64,000 bases of DNA from Balanoglossus misakiensis (GCA_040954595.2 CM082590.2:868001-932000), one strand, 5' to 3'; positions 30,650 through 45,400 are shown, numbered from the stretch's first letter. The notes: generated by a model not told the origin, from the letters alone. Made by a program: numbers and translations.

Positions 30650-32850
30650 CGCATCACAGCATAATTTTGTAAAAAAACGAGGCTGTTTGGAAGCAACCAT
30701 GGAAATTTTAGAACTATCCGTCGATCTACAGAGTCTAGTGGAAAACTTTCTTATGCGCATAGGCCTATCTATGTGTTCTGCGCCTCACAACAGAATTCGG
30801 TAAACAAACAAGGCTGTTTGGAAGCAACCATGGAAATTTTAGAACTATCCGTCGATCTGCAGAGTCTTGTGGAAAACTTTCTTATGCGCATTGGCCTATC
30901 ATGTGTTATGCGCATCACAACAGAATTTTGTAAACAAACGAGGCTTTGTTTGGAAGCAACCGTGGAAATTTTAGAACTATCCGTCGATCTACAGAGTCTA
31001 GTGGAAAACTTTCTTATGCGCATAGGCCTATCATGTGTTATGCGCATCACAACAGAATTTTGTAAACAAACGAGGCTTTGTTTGGAAGCAACCATAGAAG
31101 TTTTAGAACTATCCGTCGATCTACAGAGTCTAGTGGAAAACTTTCTTATGCGCATAGGCATATCATGTGTTATGCGCATCACAACAGAATTTTGTTAAAA
31201 AACGAGGCTTTGTTTGGAAGCAACCATGGACATTTTAGAACTATCCGTCGATCTACAGAGTCTAGTGGATAACGTTCTTATGCGCATAGGCCTATCATGT
31301 GTTCTTCGCATCACAACAGAATTGGGTAAACAGACGAGGCTGTTTGGAAGCAACCATGGAAATTTTAGAACTATCCGTCGATCTACAGGGTCTAGTGGAA
31401 ACTTTCTTATGCGCATAGGCCTATCATGTGTTATGCGCATCACAACAGAATTTTGTAAACAAACGAAGCTGTTTGGAAGCAACCATGGAAATTTTAGAAC
31501 CATCCGTCGATCTACAGAGTCTAGTGGAAAACTTTCTTATGCGCATTGGCCTATCGTGTGTTATGCGCATCACAACAGAATTTTGTAAAAAAAACGAGGC
31601 TGTTTGGAAGCAACCACGGAAATTTTAGAACTATCCGTCGATCTACAGAGTCTAGTGGATATCTTTCTTATGCGCATAGGCCTATAATGTGTTATGCGCA
31701 TCACAGCATAATTTTGTAAACAAACGAGGCTGTTTTTAAGCAACCATGGAAATTTTAGAACTATCCGTCGATCTACAGAGTCTAGTGGAAAACTTTCTTA
31801 TGCGCATAGGCCTATCTATGTGTTCTGCGCCTCACAACAGAATTCGGTAAACAAACAAGGCTGTTTGGAAGCAACCATGGAAATTTTAGAACTATCCGTC
31901 GATCTGCAGAGTCTTGTGGAAAACTTTCTTATGCGCATTGGCCTATCATGTGTTATGCGCATCACAACAGAATTTTGTAAACAAACGAGGCTTTGTTTGG
32001 AAGCAACCGTGGAAATTTTAGAACTATCCGTCGATCTACAGAGTCTAGTGGAAAACTTTCTTATGCGCATAGGCCTATCATGTGTTATGCGCATCACAAC
32101 AGAAATTTGTAAACAAACGAGGCTTTGTTTGGAAGCAACCATAGAAGTTTTAGAACTATCCGTCGATCTACAGAGTCTAGTGGAAAACTTTCTTATGCGC
32201 ATAGGCATATCATGTGTTATGCGCATCACAACAGAATTTTGTTAAAAAACGAGGCTTTGTTTGGAAGCAACCATGGACATTTTAGAACTATCCGTCGATC
32301 TACAGAGTCTAGTGGATAACGTTCTTATGCGCATAGGCCTATCATGTGTTCTTCGCATCACAACAGAATTGGGTAAACAGACGAGGCTGTTTGGAAGCAA
32401 CCATGGAAATTTTAGAACTATCCGTCGATCTACAGGGTCTAGTGGAAACTTTCTTATGCGCATAGGCCTATCATGTGTTATGCGCATCACAACAGAATTT
32501 TGTAAACAAACGAAGCTGTTTGGAAGCAACCATGGAAATTTTAGAACCATCCGTCGATCTACAGAGTCTAGTGGAAAACTTTCTTATGCGCATTGGCCTA
32601 TCGTGTGTTATGCGCATCACAACAGAATTTTGTAAAAAAAACGAGGCTGTTTGGAAGCAACCACGGAAATTTTAGAACTATCCGTCGATCTACAGAGTCT
32701 AGTGGATATCTTTCTTATGCGCATAGGCCTATAATGTGTTATGCGCATCACAGCATAATTTTGTAAACAAACGAGGCTGTTTTTAAGCAACCATGGAAAT
32801 TTTAGAACTATCCGTCGATCTACAGAGTCTAGTGGAAAACTTTCGGATGC
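30650..32850. repeat. Higher-order duplication, period 1047 bp (8 monomers)
   Basis: Offsets 30773/31820, 31214/32261 and 31428/32475, with shared rare variants (GTCTTGTGG, CCATAGAAG, GGATATCTTT). Confidence 0.85.
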
Positions 32851-35800
32851 GCATAGGCCTATCATGTGTTCTGCGTCTCACAACAGAATTCGGTAAACAA
32901 ACGAGACTGTTTGGAAGCAACCATGGAAATTTTTGAACTATCCGTCGATCTACAGAGTCTAGTGGAAAACTTTCTTATGCGCATAGGCCTATCTATGTGT
33001 TCTGCGCCTCACAACAGAATTCGGTAAACAAACAAGGCTGTTTGGAAGCAACCATGGACATTTTAGAACTATCCGTCGATCTACAGAGTCTAGTGGATAA
33101 CGTTCTTATGCGCATAGGCCTATCGTGTGTTATGCGCATCACAACAGAATTTTGTAAACAAACGAGGCTGTTTGAAGGCAACCATGGAAATTTTAGAACT
33201 ATCCGTCAATCTACAGAGTCTAGTGGAAAACTTTCTTATGCGCATTGGCCTATCATGTGTTATGCGCATCACAACAGAATTTTGTAAACAAACGAGGCTT
33301 TGTTTGGAAGCAACCATGGAAATTTTAGAACTATCCGTCGATCTACAGAGTCTAGTGGAAAACTTTCTTATGCGCATAGGCCTATCATGTGTTATGCGCA
33401 TCACAACAGAATTTTGTAAAAAAACGAGGCTTTGTTTGGAAGCAACCATGGACATTTTAGAACTATCCGTCGATCTACAGGGTCTAGTGGAAAACTTTCT
33501 TATGCGCATAGGCCTATCATGTGTTATGCGCATCACAACCGAATTCGTTAAATAAACGAGGCTGTTTGGAAGCAACCATGGAAAATTTAGAACTATCCGT
33601 CGATCTACAGAGTCTAGTGGAAAACTGTCTTATGCGCATTGGCCTATAGTGTGTTATGCGCATCACAACAGAATTTTGTAAAAAAAACGAGGCTGTTTGG
33701 AAGCAACCATGGAAATTTTAGAACTATCCGTCGATCTACAGAGTCTAGTGGATAACTTTCTTATGCGCATAGGCCTATAATGTGTTTTGCGCATCACAGC
33801 ATAATTTTGTAAACAAACGAGGCTGTTTTTAAGCAACCATGGAAATTTTAGAACTATCCGTCGATCTACAGAGTCTAGTGGAAAACTTTCTGATGCGCAT
33901 AGGCCTATCATGTGTTCTGCGTCTCACAACAGAATTCGGTAAACAAACGAGACTGTTTGGAAGCAACCATGGAAATTTTAGAACTATCCGTCGATCTACA
34001 GAGTCTAGTGGAAAACTTTCGGATGCGCATAGGCCTATCATGTGTTATGCGCATCACAACAGAATTTTGTAAACAAACGAGGCTGTTTGAAGGCAACCAT
34101 GGAAATTTTAGAACTATCCGTCAATCTACAGAGTCTAGTGGAAAACTTTCTTATGCGCATTGGCCTATCATGTGTTATGCGCATCACAACAGAATTTTGT
34201 AAAAAAACGAGGCTTTGTTTGGAAGCAACCATGGACATTTTAGAACTATCCGTCGATCTACAGGGCCTAGTGGAAAACTTTCTTATGCGCATAGGCCTAT
34301 CATGTGTTATGCGCATCACAACCGAATTCGTTAAATAAACGAGGCTGTTTGGAAGCAACCATGGAAAATTTAGAACTATCCGTCGATCTACAGAGTCTAG
34401 TGGAAAACTGTCTTATGCGCATTGGCCTATCGTGTGTTATGCGCATCACAACAGAATTTTGTAAAAAAACGAGGCTGTTTGGAAGCAACCATGGAAATTT
34501 TAGAACTATCCGTCGATCTACAGAGTCTAGTGGATAACTTTCTTATGCGCTTAGGCCTATAATGTGTTATGCGCATCACAGCATAATTTTGTAAACAAAC
34601 GAGGCTTTGTTTTTAAGCAACCATGGAAATTTTAGAACTATCCGTCGATCTACAGAGTCTAGTGGAAAACTTTCTGATGCGCATAGGCCTATCATGTGTT
34701 CTGCGTCTCACAACAGAATTCGGTAAACAAACGAGACTGTTTGGAAGCAACCATGGAAATTTTAGAACTATCCGTCGATCTACAGAGTCTAGTGGAAAAC
34801 TTTCTTATGCGCATAGGCCTATCTATGTGTTCTGCGCCTCACAACAGAATTCGGTAAACAAACAAGGCTGTTTGGAAGCAACCATGGACATTTTAGAATT
34901 ATCCGTCGATCTACAGAGTCTAGTGGATAACGTTCTTATGCGCATAGGCCTATCATGTGTTCTTCGCATCACAACAGAATTGGGTAAACAAACGAGGCTG
35001 TTTGGAAGCAACCATGGAAATTTTAGAACTATCCGTCGATCTACAGGGTCTAGTGGAAACTTTCTTATGCGCATAGGCCTATCATGTGTTATGCGCATCA
35101 CAACAGAATTTTGTAAACAAACGAAGCTGTTTGGAAGCAACCATGGAAATTTTAGAACCATCCGTCGATCTACAGAGTCTAGTGGAAAACTTTCTTATGC
35201 GCATTGGCCTATCATGTGTTATGCGCATCACAACAGAATTTTGTAAACAAACGAGGCTTTGTTTGGAAGCAACCATGGAAATTTTAGAACTATCCGTCGA
35301 TCTACAGAGTCTAGTGGAAAACTTTCTTATGCGCATTGGCCTATCATGTGTTATGCGCAATACAACAGAATTTTGTAAAAAAACGAGGCTTTGTTTGGAA
35401 GCAACCATGGACATTTTAGAACTATCCGTCGATCTACAGAGTCTAGTGGATAACGTTCTTATGCGCATAGGCCTATCATGTGTTCTTCGTATCACAGCAG
35501 AATTTTGTAAACAAACGAGGCTGTTGGGAAGCAACCATGGAAATTTTAGAACTATCCCTCGATCTACAGAGTCTAGTGGAAAAATTTCTTATGCGCATAG
35601 GCCTATCTATGTGTTCTGCGCCTCAGAACAGAATTCGGTAAACAAACGAGGCTGTTTGGAAGCAACCATGGAAATTTTAGAACTATCCGTCGATCTACAG
35701 AGTCTAGTGGAAAACTTTCTTATGCGCATAGGCCTATCTATGTGTTCTGCGTCTCACAACAGAAATCGGTAAATAAACGAGGCTGTTTGGAAGCAACCAT

Positions 35801-38138
35801 GGACATTTTAGAACTATCCGTCGATCTACAGAGTCTAGTGGATAACGTTCTTATGCGCATAGGCCTATCATGTGTTCTTCGCATCACAACAGAAATTTGT
35901 AAACAAACGAGGCTGTTGGGAAGCAACCATGGAAATTTTAGAACTATCCCTCGATCTACAGAGTCTAGTGGAAAAATTTCTTATGCGCATAGGCCTATCT
36001 ATGTGTTCTGCGCCTCACAACAGAATTCGGTAAACAAACGAGGCTGTTTGGAAGCAACCATGGAAATTTTAGAACTATCCGTCGATCTACAGAGTCTAGT
36101 GGAACACTTTCTTATGCGCATTGGCCTATCATGTGTTATGCGCATCACAACAGAATTTTGTAAACAAACGAGGCTTTGTTTGGAAGCAACCATGGAAATT
36201 TTAGATCTATCCGTCGATCTACAGAGTCTAGTGGAAAACTTTCTCATGCGCATAGGCCTATCATGTGTTATGCGCATCACAACATAATTTTGTAAACAAA
36301 CGAGGCTGTTTGGAAGCAACCATGGAAGTTTTAGAACTATCCGTCGATCTACAGAGTCTAGTGGAAAACTTTCTTATGCGCATAGGCCTATCATGTGTTG
36401 TGCGCATCACAACAGAATTTTGTAAACAAACGAGGCTTTGTTTGGAAGCAACCATGGAAATTTTAGAACTATCCGTCGATCTACAGAGTCTAGTGGAAAA
36501 CTTTCTTATGCGCATAGGCCTATCATGTGTTGTGCGCATCACAACAGAATTTTGTAAACAAACTAGGCTGTTTGGAAGCAACCATGGAAATTTTGGAACT
36601 ATCCGTCGATCTACAGAGTCTAGTGGAAAACTTTCTTATGCGCATTGGCCTATCATGTGTTATGCGCATCACAACAGAATTTTGTAAACAAACGAGGGTT
36701 TGTTTGGAAGCAACCATGGAAATTTAAGAACTATCCGTCGATCTACAGAGTCTAGTGGAAAACTTTCTTATGCGCATACGCCTATCATGTGTTATGCGCA
36801 TCATAACAGAATTTTGTAAACAAATGAGGCTGTTTGAAAGCAACCATGGAAATTTTAGAACTATCCGTCGATAAAAAGAGTCTAGTGGAAAACTTTCTTA
36901 TGCGCATAGGCCTATCTATGTGTTCTGCGCCTCACAACATAAATCGGTAAATTAAAGCTGCAAGCAGCGTTGGCGGGGCACAAGCGGTTCCCATGGTGAC
37001 CAGCAAATGCCACGCCTGTATCTGCTGGGGATACCAAGATATGGGAAAGTAGGTCAAAGGTCACCTGAGGTCACCCCAAATTTGGGCAAAAAAATTGGAC
37101 CCCATACTAGTCTAGATCCAACAAAAAACCAGACCCCTAGCCCTATTGGTTCGCCTGCAATTAGGTATGCACATAATTAATGAGGTCTTGTGTAAGACTC
37201 CATTATGTGCTCAATCCCCATAAAAGCCAAGGCTCTAACTGCTCTGGATGCTGAGATATGGGAAAGTAGATCAAAGGTCACCCAAGGTCACCCAAAATTA
37301 GGGCATACAATTTTGACCCCAGACTAGGCCATGTCCAACCAATACCAGACCTCTAGCCCTATTGGGTAGCATGGAATTAGATATGCAGAAAAATGATGTT
37401 TCAGAAATAGGTCAAAGGTCATTGCCAAAATTACGAAAATATTTGTGTCATGTCCTGGCAGCATTGGTACCCATGTCCACAAAATTCATGACTGTGGTGC
37501 TTTTACAAGAGGAGGTATGGGGAATATGCATATATAATTAGTTGTTTTAAAACTGGGTCAAAGGTCATGTAAAAATTACCCCGAAAAATTGTGACAACTT
37601 CCGGTCATATGATGACTCATATCCAAAAAAAGAATTTCCGTGCTGTCAACATTTTGGCTACAAAACGGAAATATCACTTTTCAATGGTTTTCCGAAAATC
37701 CAACATGGCCGCCATAGTGATCGACCAATCACAGTGCGCTTCGCAAACTTGATAGACATAGGTTAGGTGACCACATATCCCAAATCCCGAGACTCGGTAA
37801 CCGCTGGTTCTGGAGAAGAAGATTTTTAAAGTTTTAAGTAGTTTTTCAGAAAAACAATTGTAGCAAAAAAACTTTATATATGACGTCATGATTTTAATGG
37901 GGTAAAATGATGGACATAAGGTAGGCTACCTGCACACCAAATTTGAACTCGATCGGCCCAGTGGTTTTAGAGAAGGACTCATTTAACGATTTTCAAGAAA
38001 TCCAATATGGCCGCCAGGTCACGTGACTAATTAAATATTCACGAGCCACTGCACGTCTACTCATTGGCCCCTACCACCCTACCAAGTTTCAGCCCCCTAG
38101 GTGCTGCGGTTTTCCAGATCTACCTGGCCGAATTTCTC

Positions 38139-38173
38139 AGAAGAAGAAGAAGAATAATAATAATAATAAAGAA
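38139..38173 (+). repeat. (AGA)n(ATA)n microsatellite of element A; equivalent (AAAG)n/(AAAGAAG)n tracts precede 39605, 41034, 42487, 44172 and 45618
   Basis: Purine-rich simple repeats are directly visible next to every nesting junction. Confidence 0.9.
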
Positions 38174-41100
38174 TTAAAGCTGCAAGCAGCATTGTCCGGG
38201 CCCAAGCTCTATTATCTGATCTGATTATTAGATATGCACATAATTAATGAGTAGAGACATAATGCTGTGTTTTATCCCATGAAATATCAAGGTTATATCT
38301 ATGTTTGGTGCTGATATAGTGCAAAAGTAGGTCAAAGGTCATCTGAGGTCATCCACAATTTGGGCAGAAAATTTTGACCCATAGTGGTCCATGTCCAACA
38401 AAAACCAGACCTCTAGCCCTTTTGGTTAGCCCGGAATTAGGTATGCACATAAATAATGAGTAAAGCAGGTGTCACAGGTGACCCAAAACTTTGGCTTTTC
38501 ATTATGGCCCCATACCTCCAAACGCCAAGGCTGTACCTGCTTTGGATGCTGAGATATGCGAAAGTAGGTCAAAGGTCACCAGAGGTCACCCAACATTTGG
38601 GTAAAAAATTTTGACCCCATACTTGTCCTGTCCAACAAAAACAAAACCTCTAGATCTATCGGTTCGCCTGTAATTAGCTATGCACATAATTAATGAGGTC
38701 AGCAGGGGTCAAAGGGGTCATGAAAAGTAGCAAAATATTTTGATCACACACTAATCCACATACATCAAAAACCAAACTTATAGCCCTATTGGTTAGCCTG
38801 GAATTAGATATGCAGAAAAACGATGCGTCAAAAGTAGGTCAAAGGTCATTGCTAAAATTACCAAAATATTTATAGCTTATTCTTGTCATATGATGATTCA
38901 TATCCATAAAAAGAATTTCTGTGCTATCAATTTTTAAGCTAAAAAGGGAATTTTTACTTTTTAATCGTTTTTTACAAAATCCAATATGGCCGCCATAATC
39001 TTCGACCAATCACATTCCTCTTCGCAAACTTGATAGACATCTGTTTAATGACCACACACACCAAATCTTGTGACTCGGTTATTGCCGGTTCTTGAGAAGA
39101 AGATTTTTGAAGTTTTACTATGGTTTTTCGAAAATCCAATATGGCCGCCATAATCTTCAACCAATCACAATGATCTTCGCAAACTTGATAGACCTCAGTT
39201 AGGTGACCACATACCCCAAACCGCGTGACTCGGTTATCGCCGGTTCTGGAGAAGAAGATTTTTGAAATCTTGACCAGATTTCAGAAAAACAACTGTAGCA
39301 AAAAAACTGCAACATTGACAGCAAAATATCCAATTACAAAAATGATGGGCAGAAGGTACACTACCAGCACGCCAAATCTGAAGTAAATCTGACTTGTAGT
39401 TTCTGAGATCTGAGATTTGCATTTTTTCAGAAAATCCAATATGGCCGCCATGTCACGTTACAAATTAAAAATTCATGGGTTCAATGCACGACTACTCATT
39501 GACCTTGACCACTGTAGCAAGTGTGAGAACTGAACCTGCAGCGGTGTCTGAGATCTAGAGCGATAAAAAATGGACAGGAGAATAAAGAAAGAAAGAAAGA
39601 AAGATTAAAGCTGCAAGCAGCATTGTTGGGCCCAAGCGCTGATCTTGAATTATATATGCACAGTATGAATGAGAAGAAACAGAATTTTCTATCGCATGTA
39701 TTATCTCATGACATAACAAGGACTTATGTATTTTTGCTGCTGAAATAGAGTAAAGTAGGTCAAAGGTCACCTGAGGTCACCCAACATTTGGGCAAAAAAA
39801 TTTGACCCTTGCTGGGCCATGTCCAACAAAAACCAAAACTCTAGCTCTATTGGTTCGCGTGTAATTAGGTATGTGCATATTTAATGAGGTCAGCAGGTGT
39901 CACAGGTGACCCAAAAATTTGGCTTTACATTTAGGTCCCATCCTGCCAAATGCCAAGGCTGTATCTGCTCTGGATGTTGAGATATGTGAAAGTAGGTCAA
40001 AAGTCACCAGAGGTCACCCAACATTTGGGCAAAAAATTTTGAACCCATACTGGTCCATGTTCAACAAAAACCAAAGCTCTAGCTCTATTGGTTCGCCTGT
40101 AATTAGCTATGCACATAATTAATGAGGTAAGCAGAGGTCAAAGGTGTCATGGAAAGTAGCAAAATATTTTGATCACACACTAATCCACAAGCATCAAAAA
40201 CCAAACGTCTAGCCCTATAGGTTAGCCTGGAATTAGATATGCAGAAATAATAACGCGTGATAAGTAGGTCAAAGGTCATGTGAAAAATCGCCAAAAAATT
40301 GTAACATATCTTAGTCACCTGACGATTGATATCCATAAAAAGAATTTGTATGCTATCAATTTTTAGACTAGAAAAAGGAATTTCAATTTTTCGAAGCTTT
40401 TTACAAATTCCAATATGGCCGCCATAATCTTCGACCAATCACAATGCTCTTTGCAAACTTGATAGACATCAGTGTAGTGACCATACTCCCCGAATCTTGT
40501 GACTCGATTATCGCCCGTTCTGGAGAAGAAGATTTTTGGAGTTTTACTATAGTTTTTCGAAAATCCAATATGGCCGCCATAATCTTCGACCAATCACAAT
40601 GATCTTCGCAAACTTGATAGACCTCAGTTAGGTGACCACATACCCCAAACCGCGTGACTCGGTTATCGCCGGTTCTGGAGAAGAAGATTTTTGAAATCTT
40701 GACCAGATTTCAGAAAAACAACTGTAGCAAAAAAACTGCAACATTGACAGCAAAATATCCAATTACAAAAATTATGGGCAGAAGGTACACTACCAGCACG
40801 CCAAATCTGAAGTAAATCTGACTTGTAGTTTCTGAGATCTGAGATTTGCATTTTTTCAGAAAATCCAATATGGCCGCCATGTCACGTGACAAATTAAAAA
40901 TTCATGGGTTCAATGCACGACTACTCATTGACCTTGACCACTGTAGCAAGTTTGAGAACTGAACCTGCAGCGGTGTCTGAGATCTAGAGCGATAAAAAAT
41001 GGACAGGAGAATAAAGAAAGAAAGAAAGAAAGATTAAAGCTGCAAGCAGCATTGTCCGGGCCCAAGCTCTATTATCTGATCTGATATTAGATATGCACAT

Positions 41101-42486
41101 AATTAATGAGTAGAAACATAATGCTCTGTTTTATCCCATGAAATATCAAGGTTATATCTATGTTTGGTGTTGATATAGTGTTAAGTAGGTCAAAGGTCAC
41201 CCAGGGGTCACCCACAATTTGGGCAGAAAATTTTGACCCATAGTGGTCCATGTCCAACAAAAACCAGACCTCTAGCCCTTTTGGTTAGCCTGGAATTAGG
41301 TATGCACATAAATAATGAGTTAAGCAGGTGTCACAGGTGACCCAAAACTTTGGCTTTTCATTATGGCCCCATACCTCCAAACGCCAAGGTTGTATCTGCT
41401 GTGGATGTCGAGATATGCAAAAGTAGGTCAAAGGTCACCCGAGGTCACCCAACATTTGGGCAAAATATTTTGACCCCATACTGGTCCATGTATAACAAAA
41501 ACAAAACCTCTAGGTCTATTGGTTCATCATTAATTAGGTATGCGCATATTTAATGAGGTCACCAGAGGTCAAAGGGGTCATGAAAAGTAGCAAAATTTTT
41601 TGATCACATACAAATCCACATACATCAAAAACCAAACTTATAGCCCTATTGGTTAGCCTGGAATTAGATATGCAGAAAAATGATGCGTCAAAAGTAGGTC
41701 AAAGTTCATTGCCAAAATTACCAAAATATTTATAGCTTATTCTTGTCATATGATGATTCATATCCATAAAAAGAATTTCTGTGCTATCAATTTTTAGGCT
41801 AGAAAAGGAATTTTTACTTTTTAATCGTTTTTCACAAAATCCAATATGGCCGCCATAATCTTCGACCAATCACATTCACCTTCGCAAACTTGATAGACAT
41901 CTGTTTAATGACCACACACACCAAATCTTGTGACTCGGTAATCGCCCGTTCTGGAGAAGAAGATTTTTGAAGTTTTACTATGGTTTTTCGAAAATCCAAT
42001 ATGGCCGCCATAATCTTCGACCAATCACAATGATCTTCGCAAACTTGATAGACATCAGTTAGGTGACCACATACCCCAAACCGCGTGACTCAGTTATCAC
42101 CGGTTCTGGAGAAGAAGATTTTTGAAATTTAAGCCAGATTTCAGAAAAAAAATTGTAGCAAAAAAACTGCAACATTTACAGCAAAATATCCAATTACAAA
42201 AATGATGAGTAGAAGGTAGACTACCTGCACACCAAATTTGAAGTCGATCTGACTTGTAGTTTCTGAGATCTGAGATTTGCATTTTTTCAGAAAATCCAAT
42301 ATGGCCGCCAGGTCACGTGACTAATTAAAAATTCAAGGGTTCAATGCACATCTACTCATTGACCTTGACCACTGTAGCAAGTTTGAGAAGTGTACCTGCA
42401 GTGGTGTCTGAGATCTAGAGCGACAAAGAATTGACACAAGAATAAAGAAAGAAGAAAGAAGAAAGAAGAAAGAAGGAAAGACAGAA

Positions 42487-45400
42487 TTAAAGCTGCAAGC
42501 AGCATTGTCCGGGCCCAAGCTCTATTATCTGATCTGATTATTAGATATGCACATAATTAATGAGTAGAAACATAATGCAGTGTTTTATCCCATGAAATAT
42601 CAAGGTTATATCTATGTTTGGTGCTGATATAGTGTTAAGTAGGTCAAAGGTCACCCAGGGGTCACCCACAATTTGGGCAGAATATTTTGACCCATAGTGG
42701 TCAATGTCCAACAAAAACCAGACCTCTAGCCCTTTTGGTTAACCCGGAATTAGGTATGCACATAAATAATGCGTAAAGCAGGTGTCACAGGTGACCCCAC
42801 AACTTTGGCTTTTCATTATGGCCCCATACCTCCAAACGCCAAGGTTGTACCTGCTTTGGATGCTGAGATATGCAAAAGTAGGTCAAAGGTCATCTGAGGT
42901 CACCCAAAATTTGGGTAGAAAATTTTGACCCGTAGTGGTCCATGTATAACAAAAACAAAACCTCTAGGTCTATTGGTTCATCTGTAATTAGGTATGTGCA
43001 TATTTAATGAGTAAAGCAGGTGTCACAGGTGACCCAAAACTTTGGCTTTTCATTATGGCCCCATACCTCCAAACGCCAAGGCTGTATCTGGTGTGGATGT
43101 CGAGATATGCAAAAGTAGGTCAAAGGTCACCCGAGGTCACCCAACATTTGGGCAAAATATTTTGACCCCATACTGGTCCATGTATAACAAAAACAAAACC
43201 TCTAGGTCTATTGGTTCATCTGTAATTAGGTATATGCATATTTAATGAGGTCAGCAGAGGTCAAAGGGGTCATGAAAAGTAGCAAAATTTTTTGATCACA
43301 TACAAATCCACATACATCTAAAACCAAACTTATAGCCCTATTGGTTAGCCAGGAATTAGATATGCAGAAATAATAATGCATGATAAGTAGGTCAAAGGTC
43401 ATTGCCAAAATTACCAAAATATTTACAGCTTATTCTTGGCATATGATGATTCATATCCATAAAAAGAATTTCTGTGCTATCAATTTTTAGGCTAGAAACA
43501 GAATTTTTACTTTTTAATCGTTGTTCACAAAATCCAATATGGCCGCCAAAATCTTCGACCAATCACAATGATCTTCGCAAACTTGATAGACATCTGTTTA
43601 ATGACCACACACACCAAATCTTGTGACTCGGTTATCGCCGGTTCTTGAGAAGAAGATTTTTGAAATTTTACTAGGGTTTTTCGAAAATCCAATATGGCCG
43701 CCATAATCTTCCACCAATCACAATGATCTTCGCAAACTTGATAGACCTCAGTTTGGTGACCACATACCCCAAACCGCGTGACTCGGTTATCGCCGGTTCT
43801 GGAGAAGAAGATTTTTGAAATTTTGACCAGATTTCAGAAAAACAACTGTAGCAAAAAAACTGCAACATTGACAGCAAAATATCCAATTATAAAAATGATG
43901 GGTAGAAGGTAGACTACCTGCACACCAAGTTTGAAGTCGATCTGACTTGTAGTTTCTGAGATCTGAGATTTGCATTTTTTCAGAAAATCTAATATGGCCG
44001 CCAGGTCACGTGACTAATTAAAAATTCAAGGGTTCAATGCACATCTACTCATTGACCTTGACCACTGTAGCAAGTTTGAGAAGTGTACCTGCAGTGGTGT
44101 CTGAGATCTAGAGCGACAAAGAATTGACACAAGAATAAAGAAAGAAGAAAGAAGAAAGAAGGAAAGACAGATTAAAGCTGCAAGCAGCATTGTCCGGGCC
44201 CAAGCTCTATTATCTGATCTGATTATTAGATATGCACATAATTAATGAGTAGAAACATAATGCTGTGTTTTATCCCATGAAATATCAAGGTTATATCTAT
44301 GTTTGGTGTTGATATAGTGTTAAGTAGGTCAAAGGTCACCCAGAGGTCACCCACAATTTGGGCAGAAAATTTTGACCCATAGTGGTCCATGTCCAACAAA
44401 AACCAGACCTCTAGCCCTTTTGGTTAGCCCGGAATTAGGTATGCACATAAATAATTAGTTAAGCAGGTGTCACAGGTGACCCAAAACTTTGGCTTTTCAT
44501 TATGGCCCCATACCTCCAAACGCCAAGGCTGTATCTGGTGTGGATGTCGAGATATGCAAAAGTAGGTCAAAGGTCACCCGAGGTCACCCAACATTTGGGC
44601 AAAATATTTTGACCCCATACTGGTCCATGTATAACAAAAACAAAACCTCTAGGTCTATTGGTTCATCATTAATTAGGTATGCGCATATTTAATGAGGTCA
44701 GCAGAGGTCAAAGGGGTCATGAAAAGTAGCAAAAATTTTTGATCACATACAAATCCACATACATCAAAAACCAAACTTATAGCCCTATTGGTTAGCCTGG
44801 AATTAGATATGCAGAAAAATGATTCGTCAAAAGTAGGTCAAAGGTCATTGCCAAAATTACGAAAATATTTATAGCTTATTCTTGTCATATGATGATTCAT
44901 ATCCATAAAAAGAATTTCTGTGCTATCAATTTTTAGGCTAGAAAAGGAATTTATACTTTTTAATCGTTTTTCACAAAATCCAATATGGCTGCCATAATCT
45001 TCGACCAATCACATTCCTCTTCGCAAACTTGATAGACATCTGTTTAATGACCACACACACCAAATCTTGCGACTCGGTTATCGCCGGTTCTTGAGAAGAA
45101 GATTTTTGAAATTTTACTAGGGTTTTTCGAAAATCCAATATGGCCGCCATAATCTTCGACCAATCACAATGGTCTTCGCAAACTTGATAGACATCAGTTA
45201 GGTGACCACATACCCCAAACCCCGTGTCTCGGTTATCACCGGTTCTGGAGAAGAAGATTTTTGAAATTTAAGCCAGATTTCAGAAAAAAAATTGTAGCAA
45301 AAAAACTGCAACTTTGTCAGCATAATTTCCAATTACAAAAATGATTGACAGAAGGTAGTCTACCTGCACGCCAAATTTGAAGTTGATCTGACTTGTAGTT

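Larger units (their letters stand above)
1..36951. repeat. Satellite DNA array, 130-132 bp monomer, about 280 head-to-tail copies (continues beyond left edge)
   Basis: Consensus about GAGGCT(TT)GTTTGGAAGCAACCATGGAAATTTTAGAACTATCCGTCGATCTACAGAGTCTAGTGGA(A/T)AACTTTCTTATGCGCAT(A/T)GGCCTATC(T)ATGTGTTATGCGCATCACAACAGAATTTTGTAAACAAAC. ATTTTAGAAC recurs at 1 and 131. Length variants come from a TT indel and 1-bp indels. Confidence 0.99.

Noticed and set aside
1-36951. Satellite as a CRISPR-like repeat-spacer array
   Set aside because: The whole monomer is repeated; there are no unique spacers.
36940-36960. TTAA-specific cut-and-paste element (piggyBac/Kolobok-like) suggested by the TTAA at the left ends
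   Set aside because: There is no TTAA duplication at the right ends (CCCTAA), no true terminal inverted repeats, and empty sites are restored without any duplication.
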